From the human T2T-CHM13v2.0 reference genome, Homo sapiens, in assembly GCF_009914755.1 (NCBI RefSeq), contig NC_060925.1: 64,000 nucleotides of DNA. One strand, 5' to 3'. The notes below the pieces were generated by a model. That model was not told where the DNA came from. It was given only the letters and a program-made list of their open reading frames with translations, and did not search any database. Position numbers and translations under genes: made by a program. Positions 1-15,514 of this stretch are shown piece after piece; within the stretch, counting starts at the first letter, position 1; each line of letters opens with the position of its first letter.

Positions 1-377
1 ACTGGCTGTCACTAGATAAACATGACCCTTGACAATTTGGGGTGGAGACAAGAGTGTCATGGAACTGCAGTGGTAGCAAAATAACGTTGGGAACCAATTG
101 CCTTTGTCCAGTGGGGAAAGACATACTTTTCAGAGTCAGGATTGGGAGAGGAAGGGGAATAACAGCCAAGAATAGATACACAGAATGAGGGAGAAGGGAG
201 GCGTGCTATCCCATCCCTTCCCTCCTTCCCACTCCCTGCTGTTTCCAGCAACAATCCCACTCCCCAGCCACCACCAGGGAGTCATTTCTGGCCACTGAGC
301 ACCTCTTGAGGCAAAAGCTTTTCTGGAGGCCATGGTGATGGAAGAAATGGAGGTAATTTCCATGTACTTGGAGTTGA

Positions 378-870
<493 letters not shown>

Positions 871-1538
871 TAGTGCTTTATTCCAGTCAGTCTTAGAAAG
901 CTCACCAATTTGGGCCAATATGAAGGACAATCTGATTTAAGGAAAAATCAGGATTGTAGGCTTAAAATGATTCTGTCTCACTTTGAAGTTACATAAACAA
1001 ATTATGCTACTAAGTAGTCTTATAGAGATATTCTTAATAAGCAGATAAAGATGATTAGTGGATCAAAGCAGCTTAGTCCCCATTCATATTTCACTGATTT
1101 GGCTTATATGTAAATGATGATTCTAATCTGTTTGAAAACGGTTGCTTCTCCTAAGTCAGTTCTTCATGAAATTTGTTTGCACAATTAATTAACATCCATG
1201 TTTAAGGTTCATTTGTTAGTATGTCACAGCTTAATGTCAGAGCTTTCTGTCTTGGATTAGAAGCTTCCAGAGCAAAGCATGTTATCTGTTTGACTTGCTA
1301 AGTATATGGCTCTGCAGCCACACCATGGTGCATCAACATTTTTAAAAGTGAGAATGGTAATGGTGACAGTCATATTGGATTGATGACAATCAACCTTTTA
1401 CCCTTTTAGGGTAGAAGTCATTCAGTTACTAACTCCTTGTGACACTGTATGGAAGAGAAAGACAAGATTTCTGTTCAGTTTACATTCTTCTTAGAGGAAG
1501 AGGAGAACAAGATTTTTAAAATTAGATTAAAATACTGT

Positions 1539-1711
<173 letters not shown>

Positions 1712-2299
1712 TAAAAAAGGTACTCGGTAGCTGTTATTCACTCAGTCAACAAGTAGAAACAGTGGGGATAGCTCTCTGTTGTTCAGGAGGTGATGCCGGG
1801 GAAAATCTCATGCCTTTCAGCCCACCAAGGTGCAGTTTATTTACACACAGATTGTCCAATTCCTCATTATTATTGCTGTCCTTCCTCATCCTGAAGCATG
1901 ACCAAAGAGAAAAGCTCTGAGCCAGAATTAACATCTTTACTTCAAGTATTCATAAAGAATTCAAATGTGATGGACAATTCTGGATCCCACTGGATCCCAG
2001 TAGATTCTGGATCCCGCTAGATCCCACTACACTCACAACTTCATTCTTAAACACTAAAGTTGGGAAAAGCAAATTGTGAGTTCTCTTTTATTTTGGTTCA
2101 CTGTTGGAGGGGGCGGGAACGGCATAAATAATACCTATTCATCACTATAGCTAGCCTGATAGCTTTGTAAATTAAATTGTTAGCTCTTCTGGGAAATTAA
2201 CTCATGTGACGTTAAACTCCATAGTTAAGCTTACGTAGAGTTGGGGGTGGTGGTTGTTTTCCCTTTCTTCCTTTATTTCTTATTTTGAGCCTTCCTTCA

Positions 2300-2480
2300 A
2301 CCGATACCTCCAGAGAAAGGCGACTTGGGGAAAATGTTCTGACTCTTAATCTTCGCGGTTTCTTTTTTCCCACGGATGTAGATTTCGCCAGCCTCTGGAC
2401 AGCACATGCGCAGTATGCTGCTAGCGCCGCCCCAGGCGCCCGGAGCTCAGGAAGCGCAGGTGGCGCTGCCAGAAGGGCCA
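2300..2480. promoter_or_regulatory. Small CpG-rich patch with NRF1-like and CTCF-like motifs
   Basis: GCACATGCGCA at 2402-2412 and GCGCAGGTGGCGCTG at about 2454-2468; local CpG retention in unique sequence. Confidence 0.4.
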
Positions 2481-2630
2481 TGCTATTTCTGGGGCAAACC
2501 TGAAAGACCTCAGACACAGGGGCTTTCTTCTATGCCATGCCACTGTTGAACTTAGCACTCCCCGTTCTTGCAAAGAGTGGGAACTGTTAGGAGAATATTC
2601 TCCGTTAGAGGTTACTGGGCAGGAAAGTCA

Positions 2631-2958
<328 letters not shown>

Positions 2959-4078
2959 AAAGTGTGAAGCCATTTTCATTCATTATTAATATGATCACCT
3001 TTAATTCTGCTGATGAGGGTGTGTGGATATCATTTTCTGTTGTCTTCATTATCAAATGGAGAACTAGAAGGGGTAAGCAGCACATTTTGGTTTAATTAGA
3101 TCAGATTTATGATAGGATGGCATATCGCTACATATAAAATACTCATTTTCTGGCGTTCCTGGCCAGAGATGTCTACACAGAGCAAAATGGATGAAAGGAC
3201 CCACAGTGAGCAGGGAGGACTGGTTTGGTCCTGTAGCCCAGAGTCTCCTATCTTATATACCAGGTCTGTTCTTGAGCTTTCAGAGTGCAAGTAGAGAAAC
3301 AGAATTTAGCATCCACTTTCTCCGTGGAGATCCTGCATTTCCTACTTCTCTGAACTTCCCCTGCCTGCTTCATATGAGTAGACAGGCTCTTCTGAACACA
3401 TTTTTGTTTAAGTTTCAGGGACCTGACGCCTTCCAGGCACTGATATGTGTACATATACTCCACAAGACGTATCTATGGGCAAGCTAGAATTCAGCCCCTT
3501 ATGTTTCTAGTGGAATGTTCATTTCAGTTTCCGTCACTAGGTTGTTAGCTTCTTGGGAGGAGGAAACATGTTCTTTTCATCTTTGTACCCTTTCAGTGCC
3601 AGCTCAGTGCTAGAAAGGATACACAATGTGGTTGAACTTAAAAAAAAAAATTCTATACAGTCCGTGTGAAGTCTTGATGGGGCGCTGAGCACTGTGTAGG
3701 GTCCGTCCTGAAAGAGGCAGCTGCAAAAATGAGGCAGAAACAGTGAAAACATGGACGTGACCAGAACCCAGTGGTCCTTGGCTCCACCTGCTCTTCCCAG
3801 GGTGCGAGTTGTCCCAGGGTTTTACATCAGGAAGAAGGTGACGCTTCATGCCACACGCTGGCAAAGAGGAAACAGTGTCCACATTCCTCACTGAGGAATT
3901 TTCTCGAAGACCTTCTTGTCCTGTCCTCTCATTTTGCATGTAAGGAAACTGAGGGCCAGCAAGAGGCACTAACTTGTCATCCCACTTTGTGGGAGAAGAC
4001 AAAAGTTTAAACTTCTGAATGTAAAAGATGATTTGTTGTGGAAAACTGTTAATCAGAATTTGAATAAGAGATTCGTAA

Positions 4079-4396
<318 letters not shown>

Positions 4397-4464
4397 CCAT
4401 TTTGCAACTTTTGATCTCAATTCTGCTGGCTCTATTTTAAGGTATTAAATGGAGATGGTAGGCT

Positions 4465-4501
4465 TGTGTATGTGTGTGCACGTGTGTGTGTGTAAGTGTG
4501 T
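4465..4501. repeat. Interrupted (TG)n microsatellite
   Basis: tgtgtatgtgtgtgcacgtgtgtgtgtgtaagtgtgt. Confidence 0.8.
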
Positions 4502-5085
4502 AGGAGGAGGAGAAGAAAGATAATTTTTATAAGGGGACTTTTTAAAAGCTAGCAACCTTTATCATAATTGGTGGACAGCCTTGGGGCCTCCTGGAATACC
4601 TGTAATTCCTAATTAGCATCCTGATTTATGGAATAAAAACATGAGATAAAATGAGGGAATTCTCTCTGGAATAAATGCCACTGTCTCAATTAACCAAAGG
4701 GCAATAAGATGGATTATAATGCCAGAATAGGGCTTTTGATCAGTCTTTGTCCAAAAACCACATTTTAGTTAAGCTCAGCACAATTAGACCATTACTGATA
4801 TCAGGAGAATGGAAACAGTAGGTATATTTTAAGCTAACATTCCCAGCATCTTATCTTTCTATAGTCTTTCTCTTGTTAATGGATGAAAGGAAAGTTAAGC
4901 ATGATTTGTTATAATTATCCCATTAAAATGGGATCGATAGAAATATTTTATGTTAAAAAAATGGTGAGTCCAAACTGCTGAGTTAATTAGAAAGTTTTCC
5001 TTTGTGCCTCAAACAGAATAGGAAATGCTGTTCTTGCCTACTGAATTGTTCGTATCAAATAGAAAATATTTGAATCCCTTTCTAA

Positions 5086-5412
<327 letters not shown>

Positions 5413-6415
5413 AAAAACAACCAAAAATAGAACAATTACAGTAGCACCGAGTGCTAGAGACAAATTTCCTGCCAAATCTCTTTTCCAGTTCCCTCAGTCT
5501 GCGTCTGTGTTCTGTGCCACAACCAAAGATTCAGATATCAATTTTGTCCACTTGTAGCTCATTTGAGATCTGTTAAGCAACAACAGTGAATGCTGGGTGG
5601 ATTCGTTAGTGGAGCTCTGTTCCAGCTGTAGCTAATAAAGTTATTTTCTCGCTGAAATCGGTGATGGTAAAATTGGTCTGTTTTCCAATGCTAGCTTCTT
5701 CAGTTTCCGCTGAGTTCTTTTCTCCTGGAGTGTGAGATCACAATGGCATGCCTTACAAAAGAGTGCTCTTGCCTGCTCCGTCCTGGCTGCTCCCAGGCCG
5801 ACCCTGGCTCCTCACCAGCACCCTGCTGTAAACGCTCAGCTGCCCCTTCCCCTAGCAGCAGCGTCGGCACTACATTTAGGACCCTTTCTGTATGTACCCT
5901 GAAAACCCACCGGCGCAGTGGTTAGGCTGGAGCAGCTCAGGCCAGCCTGGGGCAAAAGGCAGAGGACTGAGACCATGCAGTGAGATTGGTGCAGTCAGTA
6001 TTGGTGGAGGAGCTGCTGGGGGCCAGGCACATGCTGGAAAAGTGGCGTGTTATGTCCCGGGGTCTGAAGCAAGAATGGGATCAGGCAGTGTGGAACCAAT
6101 TTGTAAACTCCTCACTCACTGACTGTCATTAGTAACTAAGTTGCTACAAGCTCTTTTTTTGTGAGCCTCAAAACAGGAAGCCCAGAAGAGTTTACAACAA
6201 TGGAAACTCTCAGGTTTCTACAGGAAAAAGGAGAATGTTGTTTTCCCCAAAGGTTATTTCCTTCTGCAGCCTGGCCATGTGCCCCTTTCCCTCAAGTTTG
6301 GGAAGCAGGACAAAGGGCCCTGGGGAATGCCTTAGCCCATGATGAGCTGAGGGACAGTCATTTTTGTCCCGTCATCATGCATTTGATTTGCTCCTTGTTT
6401 TATGTAAATATATAA

Positions 6416-6697
6416 TTTTAGACAGCGTCTTCCTTCGTCAGCCAGGCTGGAGTGCAGTGGCCCTGACACGGTTCACTGCAGCCTCAACTTCCTGAGCTCA
6501 GGGGATCCTCCCACCTCAGCCTCTCAGGTAGCTGGGACCACATTAGCCACCATGCCCTGCTAATTTTTTGTATTTTTTGTAGAGACAGGATTTCTCCATG
6601 TTGGCCAGGCTGGTCTCAAACACTTGGGCTCAAGCGATCCACCCGCCTTGACCTCCCAAAGTGTTGGGATTACAAACATGAGCCACTGCGCATGGCC
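6416..6697 (-). mobile_element. AluJ
   Basis: J-type motifs (cactgcagcctcaac, gatcctcccacctcagcc, gggctcaagcgatcc). Confidence 0.9.
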
Positions 6698-7099
6698 TGT
6701 TTTAAACATTTTAAGAAAATATTTTATCATATTTGCACAAGAAGATTTTCAGTGAAGGACAATGTTTTGAAAATCCAATCAGTAAGATACTCGCTGGGAG
6801 GTATTTTTATAGAAATCCATGGAAAGCTAATCATAGGAAATCGGAAAAACAGAGAGCAGGGTTTGTAGCTTGGCCTTTCCCCTACCTTGTTCCGCATTCT
6901 ATAAAAAGTGAAAAAGTAGCAAAGTAGCACCCTACAGGGGGCTCAGAGGTGCTGGAGGACTAATAACGCACCATTTGCATGTCCACGCCACGCGACCCTG
7001 CAGTCACGCTCTGTTACAAGTACAGATGGTGAAAGTGTGGCCAGGAATGGATGCCGGAAGCCCAGAAGGAAGTTGGCTCTTGTCTGGAGGCTCCCAGGG

Positions 7100-7437
7100 T
7101 GGATCTGCACAGCCTTCCCTTGGCTGATTCCTGTCCATCCTGTGGATATCAGTGAAATGCCAATTCCTTGGGGAGGCTTTCCCTGCCAACCTCCCCAACC
7201 CCAGGTTATCCAGGCTGGGTGCCCCCTCGTGTGCTTCCGTAACCCCCCAAAGTTTCTCCTCATTGCATTCATCACTCTTTAGATGACTGATCTGCGTAAT
7301 TCCATGTTCAGTGGGTCTCCTTAACGAATGTAAGCTCCATGAGGGCAGGGCCATGTCCTTCTTGTTCCCCTTTGAATCCAGAGCACTACACGGTGCCCAA
7401 CTGTCATAGGTGTCATAGGTGCTCAGTAAATACTAGG
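7100..7437 (+). mobile_element. L2 3' region, interrupted by an MLT2 LTR
   Basis: gaatgtaagctccatgagggcaggg...ataggtgctcagtaaata; the (AATG)n tail resumes at about 7864-7880. Confidence 0.7.
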
Positions 7438-7474
7438 TGTATTAGCCAGAGTTCTCCAGAGAAACAGAACCAGC

Positions 7475-7527
<53 letters not shown>

Positions 7528-7858
7528 AGTGGGGGTGGGGGATTGACTGATTTTCAGGACTGGACTCCTGTGACTGTGGAGGTTGGCGGGCAGGCTGGAG
7601 ACGCAGGGAAGAGGTGCAGCTGGAGTCCAAAGGCGGGCAGCCGACAAGCAGAATTCCTTCTTGCTCAGGGAAAGTCAGCTTTGGTTCTATTCAGGCCTTC
7701 AACTGGTTGGATGGAGCCCACCACATTATGGAAGGTCGTCTGATTTACTCAAACTCAGCTGATTTAAATGTTAATCTCATCTAAAAAAATACCTCCACAG
7801 AAATATGACCAAATATCTGAATACCGGGGCCCAGCCAAATTGACACATTACCATCGCA
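7438..7858 (-). mobile_element. MLT2 (ERVL) solo LTR with internal (GT)n at 7478-7525
   Basis: TG...CA termini; tgtattagccagagttctccagagaaacagaacc start; 5-bp TSD CTAGG at 7433-7437 and 7859-7863. Confidence 0.9.
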
Positions 7859-7971
7859 CTAGGGGAATGAATGGAATGATGACACTGGTTTCCATTCTGT
7901 TGCGATGATCCTTCCCATCCGTATAAGGCCTGACAATTTCCATGCCCTTGCACCTATGTCATCTTCCTGGA

Positions 7972-8254
7972 TTTTTTTTTTTTTTTTGAGACAGTCTCAC
8001 TCTGTCGCCCAGGCTGGAGTGCAGTGGGGCGATCTTGGCTCCCTGCAACCTCTGCCTGCTGGGTTCAAGCGATTCTCCTGCGTAGCTGGGATTACAGGCA
8101 CATGCCACCACTCCCGGCTAATTTTTGTATTTTTTATGGAGATGGGGTTTTACCACGTTGGCCAGGCTAGTCTCAAACTCCTGGCCTCAAGTGATCCACC
8201 TGCCTTGGCCTCCCAAAGTGTTGGGATTCCGGGTGTGAGCCACCGCACACAGCC
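7972..8254 (-). mobile_element. AluS with a small internal deletion
   Basis: Antisense Alu; gattctcctgc joined directly to gtagctggg; flanking CCTGGATT repeat. Confidence 0.92.
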
Positions 8255-8464
8255 TCCCTGGATTCTTAATACAGCCCTGAGAGGTAGGCAGTGGGGCAGT
8301 GCGGGGAGGCAGGGGCTTGTTAGATGCTGCCCATAGATGAGAACACTGAGATTCAGAGAGGGCAAAATAATTCCTAGAGGTGACACCGCTTTTCAGAGTG
8401 GATGGGGTGACACCATATGTTTGTTTCTACTGTTCTTTTCCAAATCATACAACATATGAGCCAT

Positions 8465-8640
8465 TCATCTTGTGCCAAGCACTGTTCAGAAGGCTCCATC
8501 CTCATGACACCCCTGTGGGAAGCTTCCACCATCACCACTCCTCTTTTACACTGGAGGAAGCTGGACCGGATCTAAGGAATCTGCCCAGCATCACATGCCT
8601 GGTCTGTGGTGGAGCTGGCCTATGAACGCCAACTCTGGAA
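8465..8640. mobile_element. MIR fragment
   Basis: MIR core-like cttttacactggaggaagctgg...aaggaatctgcccagcatcaca. Confidence 0.55.
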
Positions 8641-11557
8641 CCTGTCCTCTGGATGGCTGCATGAGACTGTCTCTCTATAGGCACCTTATGTGGTCATTTT
8701 GGTTTCAGAAGAGGTACAGTAAGCAAATGTTCCTGGCTGGCGTGCTGCAGCTGCCTTGGCGGGGTGGCAGGCAGGGGGCTGTGGCGGAGGCTGAGGCTGG
8801 TCGTCCTCCTCTGCCGCTGACAGTCCCAAGCTCTCTTCCCTCATCATCTCAGATAGCTTTGTGGTTGTCACTGTGTTGTTTTATATATGAATATTTTTTA
8901 TGGATTTTTATATATGGATTGCCGTGTGACTTATGTTTCCCTGCCCTAAGCACACCGATGAAAGTACATTAACACTCAAAATGACTTTGAAAAGACCAAA
9001 AGAAACAAAAAAAGTCCTAAATTCCGTGGGAGGAAAAACCATGATCCTTTAGCCCTACTCCGGAATAGTAAGAACTGAGAGCCAAAGCCAAGGCGGGGAC
9101 AGCACCCTGGGAGCTGATGGGCTGGTTAGTCCCATCCCAGATTATATGGAGGCACCCGGGTGATTCCATTTCATTGAGAATTCTGTGTCTAGAGCACCAG
9201 ACAGTGACCACAGAAATGTTTAAACTTCAGCTTTTGTTTAAAGAGATGTGCTGTGAGTATTTATCGAGCCATGGTCTGTGGGGACACTGCTGGGAGAGGG
9301 AGCATTTCTGGAACCCATCGTGGCTTTCTTCCTTGTCTGGCCTCGGCTTTTACTTTCCTTTTTTCATGGACCCCTCTATCTCTTGTGTCCAAACCCACCT
9401 ACTTTTCCAGGTCTGGCTAAGTGCCTTCTTCCTCCCATGTCCCACCCCTGTCCCCTACTGAGCCCCCTTTTCTCCGTGTTTTGTATCATGTACCATCCCT
9501 TGCCCAGATTTCTCTGATTAACCATTCACCACTCTGTTGCTGTCACCGCTTTATGGGTCTAGGTTTTCTCCTCCACTGAGTCTTTAGGCTACTTGAGGGT
9601 GGGAATCTTTGTTCCTATTGCGTTCATATCCCTGAAAATGCTTAGCCATATGTCAGACAGACAGAACTCCCTGAACTGAAAAACACAAAGATGTGGAGAA
9701 TAGCACAGTCCTTATATGACTTTTTCCCTGCTTGTCCCTATCATTTACCCATCACCTCTTAGTCCATCTGGTCATCCATTGATTCATTCAGAAGACAGGT
9801 ATTACGTATCTTCTATGTGCTAGTTACTTTGGGGATACCCAGATGAGTTAAACATGGTCTCTATCCTTAAGGATTCCAGAAGTTGCTATCAGAAAGAGTT
9901 AAAAATCATTCTTCAGGTAGATAGCTCAAACTAAAAATACCTGTTATTATGGCCATCACTCCGGCTTACCATGGCAGATAAGGCTGAAATTTGTCCCAGA
10001 TAATTGGCTTCCTGGTGAGCTTTCTCCCTCCTTCTTTTTCACTGAGTATACGCTAATATTCCTCCAGTATTCATACTGCATGGTGAGGACAGCTGACGGT
10101 ATAGCAGCCAGGGAAGGCTGCACCTGTGTTTCCATTTTAGCGCTTTGATGTGCTGCATGCGGTTGCCCTGCAATTAGTTCATATGCGTGAATCACAATGG
10201 CATATGTAAAACGTGTGCTCATACAGACCCCTCTCCAAAGACCTCACGCATCCTTTGCTTCTGGAGAGAATTCCCCTGAATGTATGTGATGAGGAAGTTG
10301 GGCTTTTCCTCTCTGTGCCAGGCTGAAGCGAGGGGCTTTGCTCAAGGTCGTATAGAAAGTCGTCTGCCCTTCCAGGCCGTGCTCTTCCATTGGAGGCAAC
10401 ACCTGGGCGTTCTTTGTTTTGCCTTTGCCGCAGAGGGAGAAATGTCATATCTTTCAAAATTCCAGTGTTTCCTAGTCTTCTTTGAGAATGCCCCTGTTAA
10501 GATAGGTGAGAAGCACCAGGGGTAGGCGAGATTCTTGGATAATGTGTGTCCTGGAAGGTGGTGTATTCTGGAATGGGGATGGGAGGAGGGGAAAAGGATA
10601 AAGAAGGGAATTCTTTTCGTTTCAAGCAATAGAAATTCAAACTGTGATGCCTCATGGAACCAGACCATGAGAAGGTCATGAGCGCCTGGAACTAAGATCT
10701 CTCGAGTGCTCCGGGACGCTTCTCGCCTCGTCTCTTACGTGTGCTTCTTCTCACATTTTGGCTTAATTCTTCATTTCAGGCCAGCTTTCTCTCTTACAGC
10801 TGCCACCAGCAGACTGGACAGACTCCTGTCCTCTCTGGCCCTAAACTCAAAACTTCCAGGAGGGAGCTCAGATGAGCGGGCGGTTGGGGGTCAGGAAGCG
10901 GCTGCTCAGATGAAGGGGGTGCTGGGGTTGGGGTGCTCAGGAGCATCTGCCTGTGTGGAAGACGCTATCCTACAAGAAGGCTGGAAAGACAGACAAACGT
11001 CACCCCCTGCATTTTTTGATGGTTTGTAGGAAGTGTCAGTGAGCATTTAGGAGAAAAACCCAAGACCAGGTTACACAGAGCATGTCAGGTCTCAAATCCC
11101 GACATGACTCCTGTCAAACCCAGTGCCAGGGAGGAGGGGAGCCCTTCACCCAATCCGTATTTACCGAGCATTGACTGGGTGCCTGTGAAATGAGGACTTG
11201 GGGGGGTTCATTTTGTGGACCACTGATTTCACAATCATTTAGCAGTTTCCAGGGGGAGAAAAGTGGCCTGCGTATTCAACAGAGCTTAGAGAAGAGACTG
11301 TGTAGGGATTTGCCCAGGGAGTGCAGTAGGGAGAGGTGCATCACCAAGAATATCGGAGACTTCTCCTTAGCAGGCTCATCGTTTCCAAAGAGATGGAGAT
11401 GCAGTCCCGAGATAGCGCTCCGGCTTGCTGGGGACACTGGCTCCAGGTGGACAGTCTTACGTCTGCCTGGCAATGCTGGCTATGCTGGCTATGCTATGAC
11501 CTGCTTCCTCTGTGAAACAGCTGCTGAACAAAAATGCCCAAATTTTAGCACATCAAT

Positions 11558-11769
11558 CTCTTCTTCTTCCTCCTCCTCCTCTTCTTCTTCTTCTTCCTCC
11601 TTCTTCCTCCTTCCTCCCTCCTCCTCCTCTTCTTCTTCTTCCTCCTCCTTCCTCCCTCCTCCTCCTCCTTCTTCTTCTTCCTCCTTCTTCCTCCTTCCTC
11701 CCTCCTCCTCCTCCTCCTTCTTCTTCTTCCTCCTTCTTCTTCTTCCTTCTTTCTTCTTTCTTCTTCTTT
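11558..11769. repeat. About 210-bp pure polypyrimidine (CTC/CTT)n compound microsatellite
   Basis: Only C and T on the + strand; abuts the 3' end of an antisense AluJ. Confidence 0.97.
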
Positions 11770-12193
11770 AAGAAAGGGTCTGCTTTTGTCACCCAGGCTG
11801 GAGTGGAGTGGCGTGAACGAACACAGCTCACTGCAGGCTCAACCTCCAAATTCAAGCGATCCTCTCACCTTAGGCCCCCAAGTAGCTGGGACTACCAGCA
11901 TGCACCACCACGCCTGGGTAATTTTTGTATTTTTTTGGTAGAGATGGGGTTTTGCCATGTTGCCCAGGCTGGTCTCAAACTCCTGAGTTCGGATGATTTG
12001 CCGGCCTTGGCCTCCCAAAGTGCTGGGATTACAGGCATGAGCCACTGCATCTGGTGTTTTTGTTGTTGTTGTTGTTTTGAGATGGAGGTCTCTGTATCAT
12101 CAAGAATGGTCTCAAACTCCTGGGCTTAAGTGATCCTCCCACCTCAGCCTCTCAAGTAGCTGAGTTTACAGGTGCAAGCCACCATCCCCAGCC
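11770..12193 (-). mobile_element. AluJ dimer (11770-12054) plus an additional left-arm/FLAM-like monomer (12055-12193)
   Basis: Alu motifs; TSD-like AGCACAT(C/T)AATCT at 11547-11559 and 12195-12207. Confidence 0.88.
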
Positions 12194-14419
12194 AAGCACA
12201 TTAATCTTTATGAAAATGTTTTGTTTCTGCCTTTCCCCACTCTTGCAATGGCTCACCACAGTCATCCCATTTTCCCAGCAGCGTGGAACTCACAGTCAGA
12301 AGGGCCCATTCTCCAAAATTAACCCCACCTGAGAGTTACATTATGTAACACACTGGGAGTGGGGGACAAGGAACATCTGTCTCCATCTGTGCCAGGTGCT
12401 AACTTCCTGTGTCGCCCAGGAACACTCACCTAACACCTCCGAGTGCCTCCACAAAAGTGCCAGGCCATGTATGTGGGACACTTGCTCTGCAGTGTAAGCA
12501 AAAATGGGTGCAGTTTTAAAAATATTGTAGAATTCTAGAACTTTCCAAATAAGTTGGATAATATCAGCAGTTGGTATTCATATAGGTTGACCTTCACTTG
12601 GCAGAACAGTCTGAACAGGTGCGTAGATTTTAAGTAGACTTGAATTTGAAGGCTAAGGTCATCCAGATCTCTTTGCGGATGTGGAGCTGGAATGAAGCCC
12701 TCCTGGCTTTGCCTCCTCTGCCGTCGTCGCAGCCGGCAGGTCCCAGCTCTCCTCTTTCAATTGCTGTGTGACCCTACGGAAGATATTCAGTTTTTCTGGG
12801 CCTGAACTTCTTTATCTGCAAAACAGGAAAACGAATCATACTTCCTCAGAGGGTAATTGTGAGGCTCCAATAACTGTGCTGGAGAAAGTGGGGTATGAGG
12901 CCCGGTTTGGGGCTGTGGGAGCACCTCTTCCTTCTGTTGGTCCTAGGAGCTCAGCGCTTGGTGGGATGTTCCAGACCAGGAGAGGCTGGGACTAAAATTC
13001 CAGAGTGATCTATGGGTGCAGAAGCTTCAGACGCCTGTTCAAGAGATGGGTATCAGGTGAGGTGAGTCCATATTTAGGTCTCCAGCTAGGATTTAAACCT
13101 ATAAGGGGAAGAAGCACAGGTGAGCTACAGTAATTTTGGCTAAAGGTCCAAACTGAGGCCAATCTCAGGGCATGTCCCTCTAACTAGAGGTAAGGCATTT
13201 AGTCAACAGCCCTCCAAGCTCAAATAGGCAGAGGGTAGAACTGAGGGGGAATAGCAGCTGTTACTAGGAGGCTGGTCACTGGCAACCTTGGGTTTCAGGA
13301 GCGAGAAATCCATCCTGGATACTGCGAACGCCCTTGATTCTTAGAAAAGTAGGGTCCTGGCATCAAAGCTGGAGCAGTATGGAACGGATGACTGCTTAGA
13401 CACAGGGCCAGTGGGTGATCAACTACAGCCTCGTAGATTTCTCTTTGGAGGACTGGAGTGACTCCCAGGCTCAGTAGGGGACTCTGTAGGGGACTGAGCT
13501 TGGAGAAGCCCACGGCCACCCTGCCTCCATTCCAAACAAGATTATTCACTCCACTCCTGTTTAGCTGGTCACATGGCTCCCCCATTCCTTGCTCTCCATT
13601 GCCCTTAGTCCAAAGTCCAAATTCCCCAGCCCAAGGCTGCAGGGGGCTGGCTCCCTGGCCTCTAGTTCCTGCTTCTCTCGCCTGCCCCCTTGACTCCAGT
13701 GAGTAGTTTTTGGTGCTGCAAAGAGGACACACTTTCTCTCACCTTCGGGCCTTTGACCTGCCCGGGCAGGGCCCTCCCCATCTTCCTCCTTTGCTCTGAA
13801 TTCATCCTTCTTCTTCAAGCTTTAATTTGGATGTTATCCCTTCACCCCGCTTCCCCAAGGAAGTTCCCTCCTGCCCCTGAGGCCTCTTGCCATACTGGGC
13901 TCTAAGTGGGCATTTATTTCTCTGTGCAGAGTTTGTCCTTCTTTGAACCAGGTCCCTCCTGGACAAGGAAGGTGCTAGATACATGTTTGTCTAGCCACAG
14001 GGATCAGAGCTCAGAAGGTTGCGGGGACAGGGCATCCTGCCTGCCCTCTCTGAATGTTCACTTTGAGTTACTTCAGTTACTCTTTACCTGGACAACATAA
14101 CGTCGGGGAAAACTCATTTATTTGCAAAAGGCAAAATACATGACACTGTTTCACTCAGAAGCCCCTCAGACCCAGCATCTCGCCAACCTTTGGGCTTAAG
14201 AAGTGGTGAAAAGATGGGGAGAGAGTGACTGAATGCATTTTTCTGTCTAGGCAATTTAGTATTACAGGAGATGCTCTCAAATCCTTGACCGGAGTGAAGG
14301 CAGAGTTCTTGTCAGTTATGTAAGAAAAACAGCTCATTGTTATATGATGCACACTGAACACCATCGTGTGTTTTCTCAGTCTTTGTGTGTGCGGACACGT
14401 GGCATTTAAATTAAAATTT

Positions 14420-14711
14420 GGCCAGGCACAGTAGCTCATGTCTGTAATCCCAGCACTTTAGGAGGCCAAGGCAGAAGGATCGCTTGAGCCCAAAGTTGAG
14501 ACCAGCCTGGGCAACGTAGGGAGACCCCATCTCTACAGAAATTTAAAAAGTAGCCAGCCATGGTGGCACACACCTGTAATCCTAGCTAAGGCTGAGACAG
14601 GAGAATCACTTGAGCCCGGGAAGTCTAAGCTCCGGTGAGCCTGTGATTGTACCACTGCACTCCAGCTTCGGCCACAGAGTGAGACCCTGTCTCAAAAATA
14701 GAATATTAATT
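14420..14711 (+). mobile_element. AluJ
   Basis: Alu dimer; TSD AATTAAAATTT at 14409-14419 and 14712-14722. Confidence 0.92.
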
Positions 14712-14717
14712 AATTAA

Positions 14718-15514
<797 letters not shown>

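Noticed and set aside
1975-2030. Clustered (G/A)GATCCC motifs
   Set aside because: Short degenerate local tandem duplication with no further structure.
11190-12129. Ser/Pro/Leu/Glu-rich ORFs of 100-205 aa
   Set aside because: Translations of the CT microsatellite and Alu.
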